From Clostridium sp. AWRP (GTDB lineage Bacteria; Bacillota; Clostridia; Clostridiales; Clostridiaceae): a stretch of 32,000 bases of DNA. The stretch covers positions 136,615-168,614 of the forward strand of contig NZ_CP029758.2 of NCBI RefSeq assembly GCF_004006395.2, given 5' to 3'. Under the pieces are notes generated by a model that saw nothing but the letters and a program-made list of their open reading frames with translations, had not been told where the DNA came from and ran no database searches. Position numbers and translations under genes: made by a program. Of the stretch, positions 24,896 through 32,000 are shown in pieces; position 1 is the first letter of the stretch; every line of letters starts with the position of its first letter.

Positions 24896-27001
24896 ATGCT
24901 ACATGTTGTGAAAAGAGATGGTAGAAGGGTTCCCTTTGATTCCATTAAGATAACCAATGCCATAAAAGGATCTTGTGATGAAATAGGTTTTGATTTAAAA
25001 GAAAGTGAATTTATTGATTTAACTCAAAAGGTCACAGAAAATATAGAAAATCTTAATCTTAATGAAGTAAATGTAGAAGATATACAGAATATAGTTGAAG
25101 AAGTACTTATGAAGAAAGGCTATGTTAAAATTGGGCTAGCTTATTCAAATTATAGAAGAGAACGAAATGATATAAGGGAAATAAAGTCTGATCTCATGAA
25201 GGCTATTGATAAAATAGGAGTTCAAACGGACAGGGATAATGCAAATGTTGGAAATAATTTTAGTGCTAAGCTATTGAGAATTGCCAGTGAGTCTAACAAG
25301 TGGCATAATTTAGCTACTATGCCTAAACATTTAGCTAAGGCTCATGAAAATGGAGATATATATTACCATGATTTAGATTCTTATAATTTAACTGTGAATT
25401 GCCTTCACATACCAACAAAGGAAATGCTTTTAGGTGGATTTAATACAGGATATGGGAACATAAGAACTCCTAAGAGAATAGAATCTGCTGCAGAACTTTC
25501 TTGTATATTACTGCAGTCAGCACAAAATGATATGTTTGGTGGACAGTCCCATCCGGATTTCGATAATGATATGGCTGTTTTTGTTGAACCTACAAGAAAA
25601 GAAATATTGAAGAACCTCAAGGAAATGGGAGTAGAAGAGGAAAAAATAGAAGATGTTTCTGAAAAGAAATTAAGAAGAAGTATAGAACAGGCTATGCAGG
25701 GAATAATCTACAATCTTAATACCATGCACTCTAGGGCAGGATCACAGGTCCCTTTTAGTTCACTAAATATAGGCATACCAACTTCAAAGGATGCAGCTCT
25801 TGTATGTGAAGTATTTTTGGCAGAATATGAAAAAGGACTTGGAAGAGGAGAACAACCTATATTTCCTAATATAATATTTAGGGTTAAAAAAGGCGTAAAT
25901 AAAAATCAAGAAGATCCTTATTATTATTTATTTAAAATTGCATGTAGGGTAGCTTCAAAGAGAATGAATCCTACTTTTATGAATTTAGATGCTGATTTTA
26001 ATAAAGCATATTATGATAAAGGTGTAATACCTGCAACTATGGGATGCCGTACATATGTCTGCTCAAATGTAAATGGAGAACCAGGGGTAAAGGGTAGAGG
26101 TAATATAGCTCCTGTTACTATTAATTTACCTAGGCTTGGAATTTTATCTAAGGGAAATGTAAATAAATTTTTTGGATTATTACAAGGGAAGTTAGAGTTA
26201 GCAAAGGAATCTTTAATGCATAGATATGGCATTTTAAAGAGACTCCGAGTTAAAGATTTACCTTTTGTAGCAGGTCAGAAACTTATGAAGGGTGCGGAGA
26301 ACTTAAAGTCAGAAGATTCAATAGAACCAATATTGAAGCAAGGTACTTGGGCTATTGGCTTTATAGGACTTGCGGAAACATTAATTGCATTAACTGGGAA
26401 ACACCATGGTGAGGATGAGAGTTCAAGAGAACTTGGGTTAAAGATAATTACATATATAAGGAATTATACAGATAAGCTTATAAGAGAAACGCATTTAAAT
26501 TGGAGCTGCTATGCTACACCGGCTGAAGGATTAAGTGGAAAGTTTATAGTGCATGATAAGAAGATATTTGGAGAAATACCTGGGGTTACGGACAAAGAGT
26601 ACTATACTAATTCTTACCACATACCTGTAGGATATCCAATATCTATAAAAGACAAAATTGATATAGAGGCTCCTTATCACAAACTTTGTAATGGAGGTCA
26701 TATAAGTTATATAGAAGTTGATGATTATCCATCAGAAGAAGTTGTTAAAAGTATAATTGACTACGCCTATGATAATACAAATATAAGTTATATAGGGATA
26801 AACTTTCACATAAGATATTGTAAAGAATGTGGAACCTATATGCATGGGGAAGATGTCTGCCCTAAATGTGGAAGCAACAATATACAGGGTATATCAAGGG
26901 TTACAGGATATCTGTCTTTGGATGAAAGATTTGGAGAAGGCAAGACAGCAGAAAGAAGAGATAGAATATCCCAGGGAAGTAACAAACATGTATATTGCTA
27001 A
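24896..27001 (+). CDS. nrdD: Anaerobic ribonucleoside-triphosphate reductase (class III)
   Basis: N-terminal ATP-cone VVKRDGRRVPFD. C-terminal Zn ribbon CKECG...CPKCGS and glycyl-radical motif SRVTGYL. ATG at 24896 after GGGAGG. Confidence 0.95.
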   Translation: MLHVVKRDGRRVPFDSIKITNAIKGSCDEIGFDLKESEFIDLTQKVTENIENLNLNEVNVEDIQNIVEEVLMKKGYVKIGLAYSNYRRERNDIREIKSDLMKAIDKIGVQTDRDNANVGNNFSAKLLRIASESNKWHNLATMPKHLAKAHENGDIYYHDLDSYNLTVNCLHIPTKEMLLGGFNTGYGNIRTPKRIESAAELSCILLQSAQNDMFGGQSHPDFDNDMAVFVEPTRKEILKNLKEMGVEEEKIEDVSEKKLRRSIEQAMQGIIYNLNTMHSRAGSQVPFSSLNIGIPTSKDAALVCEVFLAEYEKGLGRGEQPIFPNIIFRVKKGVNKNQEDPYYYLFKIACRVASKRMNPTFMNLDADFNKAYYDKGVIPATMGCRTYVCSNVNGEPGVKGRGNIAPVTINLPRLGILSKGNVNKFFGLLQGKLELAKESLMHRYGILKRLRVKDLPFVAGQKLMKGAENLKSEDSIEPILKQGTWAIGFIGLAETLIALTGKHHGEDESSRELGLKIITYIRNYTDKLIRETHLNWSCYATPAEGLSGKFIVHDKKIFGEIPGVTDKEYYTNSYHIPVGYPISIKDKIDIEAPYHKLCNGGHISYIEVDDYPSEEVVKSIIDYAYDNTNISYIGINFHIRYCKECGTYMHGEDVCPKCGSNNIQGISRVTGYLSLDERFGEGKTAERRDRISQGSNKHVYC

Positions 27002-27060
27002 AGTAACTGTAATAGTAGTTAACTTAAATTTTACACATATGAAATTTTGACTTAATATAA

Positions 27061-27215
27061 AAAATTTGCGAAACAATTAATTCACAATGCACGATGCACA
27101 GTTTACAATTAAGGATGATTTTCTTCCGTTAAAACTTCAGAAAATCTACCGAAATTGTGAATTGTGAACTGTGAATTGTGAATTCATTTAGGTCGCAATA
27201 TTCTTAAACTGCGAA
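27061..27215. repeat. Long imperfect palindromic element built from inverted heptamer arrays (copy B), inside the nrdD-nrdG spacer
   Basis: Right arm is GTGAATT GTGAACT GTGAATT GTGAATT (27157-27184). The left arm 27079-27110 (aattcac aatgcac gatgcac agtttac aatt) matches the reverse complement of 27153-27184 at 26 of 32 positions. Apical hairpin gattttc-N16-gaaaatc. The core aaggatgatttt is shared with copy A (reverse strand). Confidence 0.7.
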
Positions 27216-27255
27216 TTTGAGTAGCTAGATCATATATAAGAAGGAGGAAAAATCA

Positions 27256-27765
27256 ATGGGTGGCAAAAAAATTAGATTGGCAGGTATTGCTTATGAGAGC
27301 CTAGTTAATGGCCCTGGAATGAGACGGGTATTTTTTGCTCAGGGATGTAGACATAATTGTAAAGGATGTTTTAACCCATCTACCCATGATTTAAAAGGCG
27401 GGCAGCTAAAAGATATAGATAAACTGATTTGCGATATTAGAGATAATCCTATGTTAAGTGGAGTTACATTTTCAGGTGGTGACCCATTTGAACAACCTGA
27501 AGAATTTGCATATATGGCTGCTAAAATTAAAGAATTAAATTTAAATATATGGTGTTATACAGGGTACACTTTTGAGTTTATAATTAAAGGCTCAGATACG
27601 GCAAAGAAACGTCTTTTAGATAATGTAGATGTGCTAGTGGATGGAAAATTTCAAGAGAATAAAAAAGATACAAAATTGAAATTTAAAGGATCTAGTAATC
27701 AGAGAATTATTGATGTAAAGAAAAGTTTAGATTCCAATAATGTAGTAGTATTGACTTTTAGTTGA
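27256..27765 (+). CDS. nrdG: Anaerobic ribonucleotide reductase activating protein (radical SAM)
   Basis: GPGMRRVFFAQGCRHNCKGCFNP (CxxxCxxC) and GVTFSGGDPF. AAGGAGG RBS. Confidence 0.93.
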   Translation: MGGKKIRLAGIAYESLVNGPGMRRVFFAQGCRHNCKGCFNPSTHDLKGGQLKDIDKLICDIRDNPMLSGVTFSGGDPFEQPEEFAYMAAKIKELNLNIWCYTGYTFEFIIKGSDTAKKRLLDNVDVLVDGKFQENKKDTKLKFKGSSNQRIIDVKKSLDSNNVVVLTFS

Positions 27766-27815
27766 AAAACTTTAGCTAAATATATTATAATACTTCATGA
27801 CGAGGAGTTGATAAT

Positions 27816-28181
27816 ATGAATAACAATTCGGAAATTGAAGTTTGCTCTTGTACTGAAATTCATAAGGATTGCATAGAATGTGTCAGAAAAAGTATGTTGG
27901 ATGAAAAGACTTTTATGGACTTATCAGCACTTTTTAAAGTGCTGGGGGATTATACAAGAATTAAGATTATATATGCATTATTTAAAAAGGAATTATGTGT
28001 TTGCGATATTACAGAAATACTCCAAATGAGTCAGTCCGCAATATCTCATCAACTTAGAATTTTAAAGACTGCAAGGCTAGTAAAATTCAGGAGAGAGGGA
28101 AAGTCAGTGTATTATTCCCTAGATGATGAACATATAAATAAGTTGTTTGATGCAGGGCTAGAGCATGTAAAACATAATTAG
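27816..28181 (+). CDS. ArsR/SmtB-family metalloregulator
   Basis: ELCVCDITEILQMSQSAISHQLRILKTARLV (CXC plus wHTH) and an N-terminal Cys cluster CSCTEIHKDCIECV. Confidence 0.88.
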   Translation: MNNNSEIEVCSCTEIHKDCIECVRKSMLDEKTFMDLSALFKVLGDYTRIKIIYALFKKELCVCDITEILQMSQSAISHQLRILKTARLVKFRREGKSVYYSLDDEHINKLFDAGLEHVKHN

Positions 28182-28207
28182 AGTGTAGTTATATAAGGTT
28201 TATAAAC

Positions 28208-28340
28208 AAAAAATCAACTTATACTCCGGATATCTTTTATAATCTTCAGCTCAGTTAAATATTTTGATAAGTCTAGACAGAAAATATTTAAATGTGCTTG
28301 TTTATTGTAAAAATATTTCTGCGTATAAGTTGATTTTTTT
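28208..28340. repeat. Nested palindromic element / bidirectional terminator with a 98-nt structured loop (element D)
   Basis: Perfect 17-bp arms aaaaaatcaacttatac (28208-28224) / gtataagttgatttttt (28323-28339). Inner perfect 11-bp pair ttaaatatttt (28255-28265) / aaaatatttaa (28281-28291). The central loop contains the 8-bp palindrome gtctagac. The 15-mer aaaaatcaacttata recurs at 8623-8637. Confidence 0.7.
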
Positions 28341-28480
28341 AGTTATGAACTACTATAATAAAAACACAGATTTAAGAACTTTGTATAGTATACTAACTTA
28401 ATATAAAATCAAGTGTAGATAAATATAAGCATATTAGAGTATTTCTAAGTAAAAACAAAAGGTTAATTTATGTTAATAAG

Positions 28481-29113
28481 TTACTTAAAGTTAAGAATTT
28501 TAACTAGATTAAAATCTTCAGGTTTGTGATCTAGAATTAATGTATTGCTTTCAATTCTTTCTGTATTTTTCATATATTTAAGAAATTTTTCTAATCCATC
28601 TAATTCAAAAGTTAACGGAGAAGTTTTATAATGCATTGGAATTACTATGTGGCTATGGATGGATTTTGCAAGTTCAGCAGCCTCTTTTCCATTTATAGTG
28701 AAATTTCCTCCTATGGGAATCAAAAGCACATCTATGGACCCTAAACTTTTTATCTCTTCTGGAGATAATACATATCCAACATCTCCAAGATGACATATCC
28801 TATAATCATCCATTTCAATGATAAATATTACATTTTCACCTCGTTTTGCACCTTTAACTTTATCGTGATAAGAAGGTATGCCATAAATAGGTATGTCGCA
28901 TGGATTAAAAGCGCCTATTTTATTTATAATATTTTTGTAATTTATTTTTTCCGTATAACAGTGGTCAAAATGATTGTGACTTATTGTAACTACATCAACA
29001 TCTCCTTCAAAAACTTTATAGCCTACAGTTTTGTCAAAAGGATCTGTTAAAAGTTTTCTACCTTTTGAATCTTCAAATAAGAAACTTGAATGACCAAACC
29101 ATTTTATTTTCAT
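28481..29113 (-). CDS. Metallo-beta-lactamase-fold hydrolase (UPF0173-like)
   Basis: MKIKWFGHSSFLFE and VVTISHNHFDHCY (HxHxDH). Confidence 0.85.
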   Translation of the reverse strand: MKIKWFGHSSFLFEDSKGRKLLTDPFDKTVGYKVFEGDVDVVTISHNHFDHCYTEKINYKNIINKIGAFNPCDIPIYGIPSYHDKVKGAKRGENVIFIIEMDDYRICHLGDVGYVLSPEEIKSLGSIDVLLIPIGGNFTINGKEAAELAKSIHSHIVIPMHYKTSPLTFELDGLEKFLKYMKNTERIESNTLILDHKPEDFNLVKILNFK

Positions 29114-29266
29114 AGAATATCGCCCCTTTGTAAAATATGTTTTGATTATTTTGAATTAATATGTTAACATAACAATTTTTAAGTACAAAATTCTCATTTT
29201 TTATAATATAATTATAATAGTATATGTTACACTAAGGCAATTATTCTGTTGAACGGGGGTCATTAT

Positions 29267-31078
29267 TTGAAGATTACAAGAATTTGTATAATGATATTAG
29301 TAAGTCTTACATTCTTATTAATTGTGTTTGCAAAAGGAAATACTGTACGTGCAATTAATTACAGCGGAATTACTATAGGAAATGATGTAGAAACCAATAA
29401 ATCATGGAACATAAAGTTCAACATGAAATTAGACCAGGGTACAGTAAATGATTCAAACATAGTGGTAACAGATAGTACAGGAAATGCTATCCCCATATCT
29501 TTGCAGGTTGAAAAGGATGGAATGGGTGTAGTAGTTACCCCTAAAAGCCAGTATGCATATGGTAAAACCTATAATTTAATTGTAAAAAGTGGAGTAAAAG
29601 CTGTAAATGGGAAAAATCTGTCCAGCGAAGCTAAGGTGCAATTTGGAGTGAAATCTAACCCAAGTTCTAATAACAAGTATACTGTTACAATTGATGCTGG
29701 TCATGGAGGAACTGATGCAGGAAATGTAAGTGGCTCAGGATTGAAAGAAAAAGATGTAGATTTATATGTGGCACTAAGGACTGGAAAAATATTAGAGCAA
29801 AATGGAGTAAACGTGGTTTATACCAGGAAAGATGATAATGTAACCTGGAATGATAGTACAAATTTACAAGCTCGTTTTGACATAGCAAATAACGCAAAAT
29901 CAAATTTATTTGTCAGCCTACACGTTAATTGTTATACGGGAAGTGCCTTGGTGAATGGAATAGAAACTTATTATAGAGCTTCAAATGATTCTGCTAAAAA
30001 TGCAGCAAATAATATTCAAAGTAGCTTAATAAGTTATACAGGACTCTCTAACAGAGGGATTAAAGAAGGGACATCCCAGCATAAAATACTGATGGGGACT
30101 ACAGCACCAGCTGTTATGGTTGAACTTGGATTCATGACTAATCCTAAGGAAAGTCAATTAATTGGAAGTGAAGATTTCCAAAATAAAAGTGCATCAGCTA
30201 TTGCAAATGGAATTTTAAAATCTTTACCATCTCTTCAGGAACAAAGTACAGTAAACGTAAGTTCAATATCTAACTTATCAGATAGTATAATTGTAGGAAG
30301 TAAGTATTCTTTACCAACTAGTGTACAAGCTACCATGAGTGATGGTACTAGTAAAAAAGTAAGTATTGTATGGAATTCAAGCACTGTTGATACTTCTAAA
30401 GCAGGTGTATTTACGTATAAAGGAACTGCAGCAGGATACAGTAAAAATGTAACATTTACTTTAACTGTGAAAGCAAAACAAATAGATCCAACACCAGTAA
30501 CACCATCGGAAGGTGCACCTGTAATAGTTATAGATCCCGGACATGGTATAGGTAGTGATGTAGGTTCAAATGGAAATGGGTTTCAAGAGGATGATGTAAC
30601 TTTAAGTGTTGGCTTAAAGGTTGGGAGGATACTGGAATCCAAGGGAGTCAAAGTAATTTATACCAGGACTACAGATGAACGAAAAACAACTCCTTTAACT
30701 GTTACGGAAAGTCTTCAAAGACGATGTGATACTGTAAACAATGCAGGTGCAACCTATATGATTTCAATTCATACCAATGCTTTTAATGATCCAGTTGCAG
30801 AAGGAACTGAAACACTGTATTATACAGGAAGTGTAAAGGGAGAGAAAATGGCAGAGGCTATACAAAAAAGTTTGGCTAGTACTCTTGGAACCTATAACAG
30901 GGGACTTAAAGATGGAAGCTGGCTTTATATAGCAAAACATACTATTGCACCAATGGTTTTAACAGAATTAGGGTTTCTTACTAATAAAAATGATGCGGGA
31001 ATATTAGGAACTGACCAGGGTAGAAATAAAGCTGCACAAGCTATAGCAAGTGCTATATTACAGGTTTTAGGAATATAA
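29267..31078 (+). CDS. Secreted N-acetylmuramoyl-L-alanine amidase with two Amidase_3 catalytic domains, an SbsA-type Ig-like N-domain and an internal Ig-like domain
   Basis: Domain 1 is TIDAGHGGTDAG...SLHVNC...VELGFMTN. Domain 2 is VIDPGHG...SIHTNA...TELGFLTN. I prefer the TTG at 29267 behind GGGGG; the ATG at 29291 is an alternative. Confidence 0.88.
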   Translation: MKITRICIMILVSLTFLLIVFAKGNTVRAINYSGITIGNDVETNKSWNIKFNMKLDQGTVNDSNIVVTDSTGNAIPISLQVEKDGMGVVVTPKSQYAYGKTYNLIVKSGVKAVNGKNLSSEAKVQFGVKSNPSSNNKYTVTIDAGHGGTDAGNVSGSGLKEKDVDLYVALRTGKILEQNGVNVVYTRKDDNVTWNDSTNLQARFDIANNAKSNLFVSLHVNCYTGSALVNGIETYYRASNDSAKNAANNIQSSLISYTGLSNRGIKEGTSQHKILMGTTAPAVMVELGFMTNPKESQLIGSEDFQNKSASAIANGILKSLPSLQEQSTVNVSSISNLSDSIIVGSKYSLPTSVQATMSDGTSKKVSIVWNSSTVDTSKAGVFTYKGTAAGYSKNVTFTLTVKAKQIDPTPVTPSEGAPVIVIDPGHGIGSDVGSNGNGFQEDDVTLSVGLKVGRILESKGVKVIYTRTTDERKTTPLTVTESLQRRCDTVNNAGATYMISIHTNAFNDPVAEGTETLYYTGSVKGEKMAEAIQKSLASTLGTYNRGLKDGSWLYIAKHTIAPMVLTELGFLTNKNDAGILGTDQGRNKAAQAIASAILQVLGI

Positions 31079-31101
31079 TACAAAAAAATTGTCTAAAAAA
31101 A

Positions 31102-31130
31102 TTGACAATAGAAAATTCATATAATATAAT
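31102..31130 (+). promoter_or_regulatory. Consensus sigma-A promoter of the ileS leader
   Basis: TTGACA (31102-31107), 17 nt, TATAAT (31125-31130). Confidence 0.75.
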
Positions 31131-31136
31131 AAAAGG

Positions 31137-31405
31137 AAATTATATAGGTAGTAATTGAAAAACATTGAACAGGAAAAGTATTTAAGTTTGCTTTTATTTA
31201 CAGAGAGTGGGGAAGTGCTGAAAACCCATAGAAAAGCTTGAAGAAAATCACCTGGGAGTTGAAGAATTGAACAGTATTTTTATAATCACTTTAGTAAATT
31301 CTTACGTAATTCTACGTTACAGAATAGAGTATGGTAGTGCTTAAATTTATTAACCATAGGTGGTACAGCGAGTTAAACTTCGTCCTATTTGGATGAAGTT
31401 TTTTT
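31137..31405 (+). promoter_or_regulatory. T-box riboswitch leader (Ile)
   Basis: AGAGAGTGG...GTGCTGAAAACC stem I motifs. Specifier ATC at 31247-31249, followed by A. F-box-like CTACGTTA. T-box AGGTGGTACAGCG (31368-31380). Terminator aaacttcgtcc / ggatgaagttt (31375-31401) plus T-tract. Confidence 0.85.
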
Positions 31406-31496
31406 ATTGCGTATTTTTTAGTTTAAAGATTATGTGGTGTATAAACATTGAAAAATAGTAAAAACTTAACAATAGGAATAGAAAGGGGTTAAATCC

Positions 31497-32000
31497 ATGT
31501 ATAAAAAAATTGATAGTGATAAAACTTTTGTACAGATGGAAAAAGATGTTTTAAAATTATGGGAAGATAAGAAAGTAGTTGAAAAAAGTTTTAAGGAAAA
31601 TGAGGATGGTGAATACTTTACTTTTTACGATGGGCCTCCAACTGCAAATGGAAAACCTCATATAGGACACGTTCTAACTAGAGTTATGAAAGACCTCATA
31701 CCAAGATATAAAGTTATGAGAGGGTATAAAGTATTGAGAAAAGCAGGTTGGGATACACACGGACTTCCTGTTGAACTAGAAGTTGAAAAGAGTCTTGGAA
31801 TTTCTGGAAAACCACAAATTGAAAAATATGGTGTAGAAGATTTTATAAAAAAATGTAAGAATAGTGTATTTACTTATGTAAGCCAGTGGAAAGAAATGTC
31901 TGACAGATTAGGATTTTGGGTAGACATGGATAATCCATATGTAACATATCACAATGATTATATAGAATCAGAATGGTGGGCACTGAAAAAAATATGGAAA
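31497..32000 (+). CDS. ileS: Isoleucyl-tRNA synthetase, N-terminal part (runs off the window; type 2 / eukaryote-like sequence signature)
   Basis: Not in the ORF track because no stop is reached. ATG at 31497. Translation [27 protein letters not shown]...[20 protein letters not shown]...[10 protein letters not shown]. Confidence 0.93.
   Translation, partial: MYKKIDSDKTFVQMEKDVLKLWEDKKVVEKSFKENEDGEYFTFYDGPPTANGKPHIGHVLTRVMKDLIPRYKVMRGYKVLRKAGWDTHGLPVELEVEKSLGISGKPQIEKYGVEDFIKKCKNSVFTYVSQWKEMSDRLGFWVDMDNPYVTYHNDYIESEWWALKKIWK

Noticed and set aside
27157-27184. Tandem GTGAATT repeats as a possible CRISPR array or microsatellite
   Set aside because: The 7-nt units have no spacers and only about 4 copies, and no cas genes are present. 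They form one arm of a larger inverted-repeat element instead.
15416-29903. Remaining overlapping or antisense track ORFs: 15416-15766, 15775-15993, 17573-18088 (three), 18672-18938, 19006-19388 (two), 19779-20087, 20682-20888, 23600-23863, 25405-25620, 26011-26232, 26829-27076 (two), 28790-29050 and 29685-29903. Also 2381-2581.
   Set aside because: Each lies inside or antisense to a gene with strong family motifs. For example, 20682-20888 is the poly-Phe antisense of a GAA-rich acidic linker. None has an SD plus start arrangement.
1-32000. Search for a mobile element, prophage, defence island, tRNA/rRNA genes or a CRISPR array
   Set aside because: I recognised no integrase, transposase, recombinase, restriction, Cas or abortive-infection-type proteins, and no long direct repeats or tRNA-like sequences. 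Composition looks uniform by eye. The gene content is housekeeping, cell-wall and sporulation related.

Overview
This is an AT-rich segment (roughly 30% G+C by eye) of a low-GC Firmicute chromosome, most likely a Clostridium-type genome. The evidence is abrB, spmA/spmB, anaerobic nrdDG, a small ferredoxin, and T-box leaders on metG and ileS. The backbone is the housekeeping block known from Bacillus subtilis: abrB, metS, yabD(tatD), yabE, rnmV, ksgA(rsmA). About 13 kb of extra genes sit between abrB and metG: a CCA/poly(A)-polymerase-family enzyme, a PspA operon, ispF, two polysaccharide deacetylases, a GH73 glucosaminidase, spmAB and a family-4 UDG. Downstream of rsmA come three uncharacterised genes, an Mrp/ApbC ATPase, a ferredoxin, nrdD-nrdG, an orphan ArsR regulator, an MBL hydrolase, a double-domain amidase and the start of ileS. 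I found no rRNA or tRNA genes, CRISPR array, transposase, integrase, phage genes or recognisable defence genes. I therefore read this as core chromosome rather than an accessory island, and I cannot point to a convincing new multi-gene system. What ordinary annotation does not explain is mostly non-coding. (1) Perfect DnaA boxes (TTATCCACA) are strongly enriched and arranged as inverted pairs at two intergenic sites (2951-3060 and 7082-7477), with no dnaA or dnaN in the window. (2) There are several long imperfect intergenic palindromes. Two of them (16026-16225 and 27061-27215) share an architecture of inverted heptamer arrays around a conserved core, with arm sequences that differ between copies but stay complementary within each copy. 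Secondary points are a PspA operon with two unusual partners, a small basic ORF next to the DnaA-box cluster, and three unknown genes at the position yabG occupies in Bacillus. All family assignments rest on motifs read by eye. No database search was possible.
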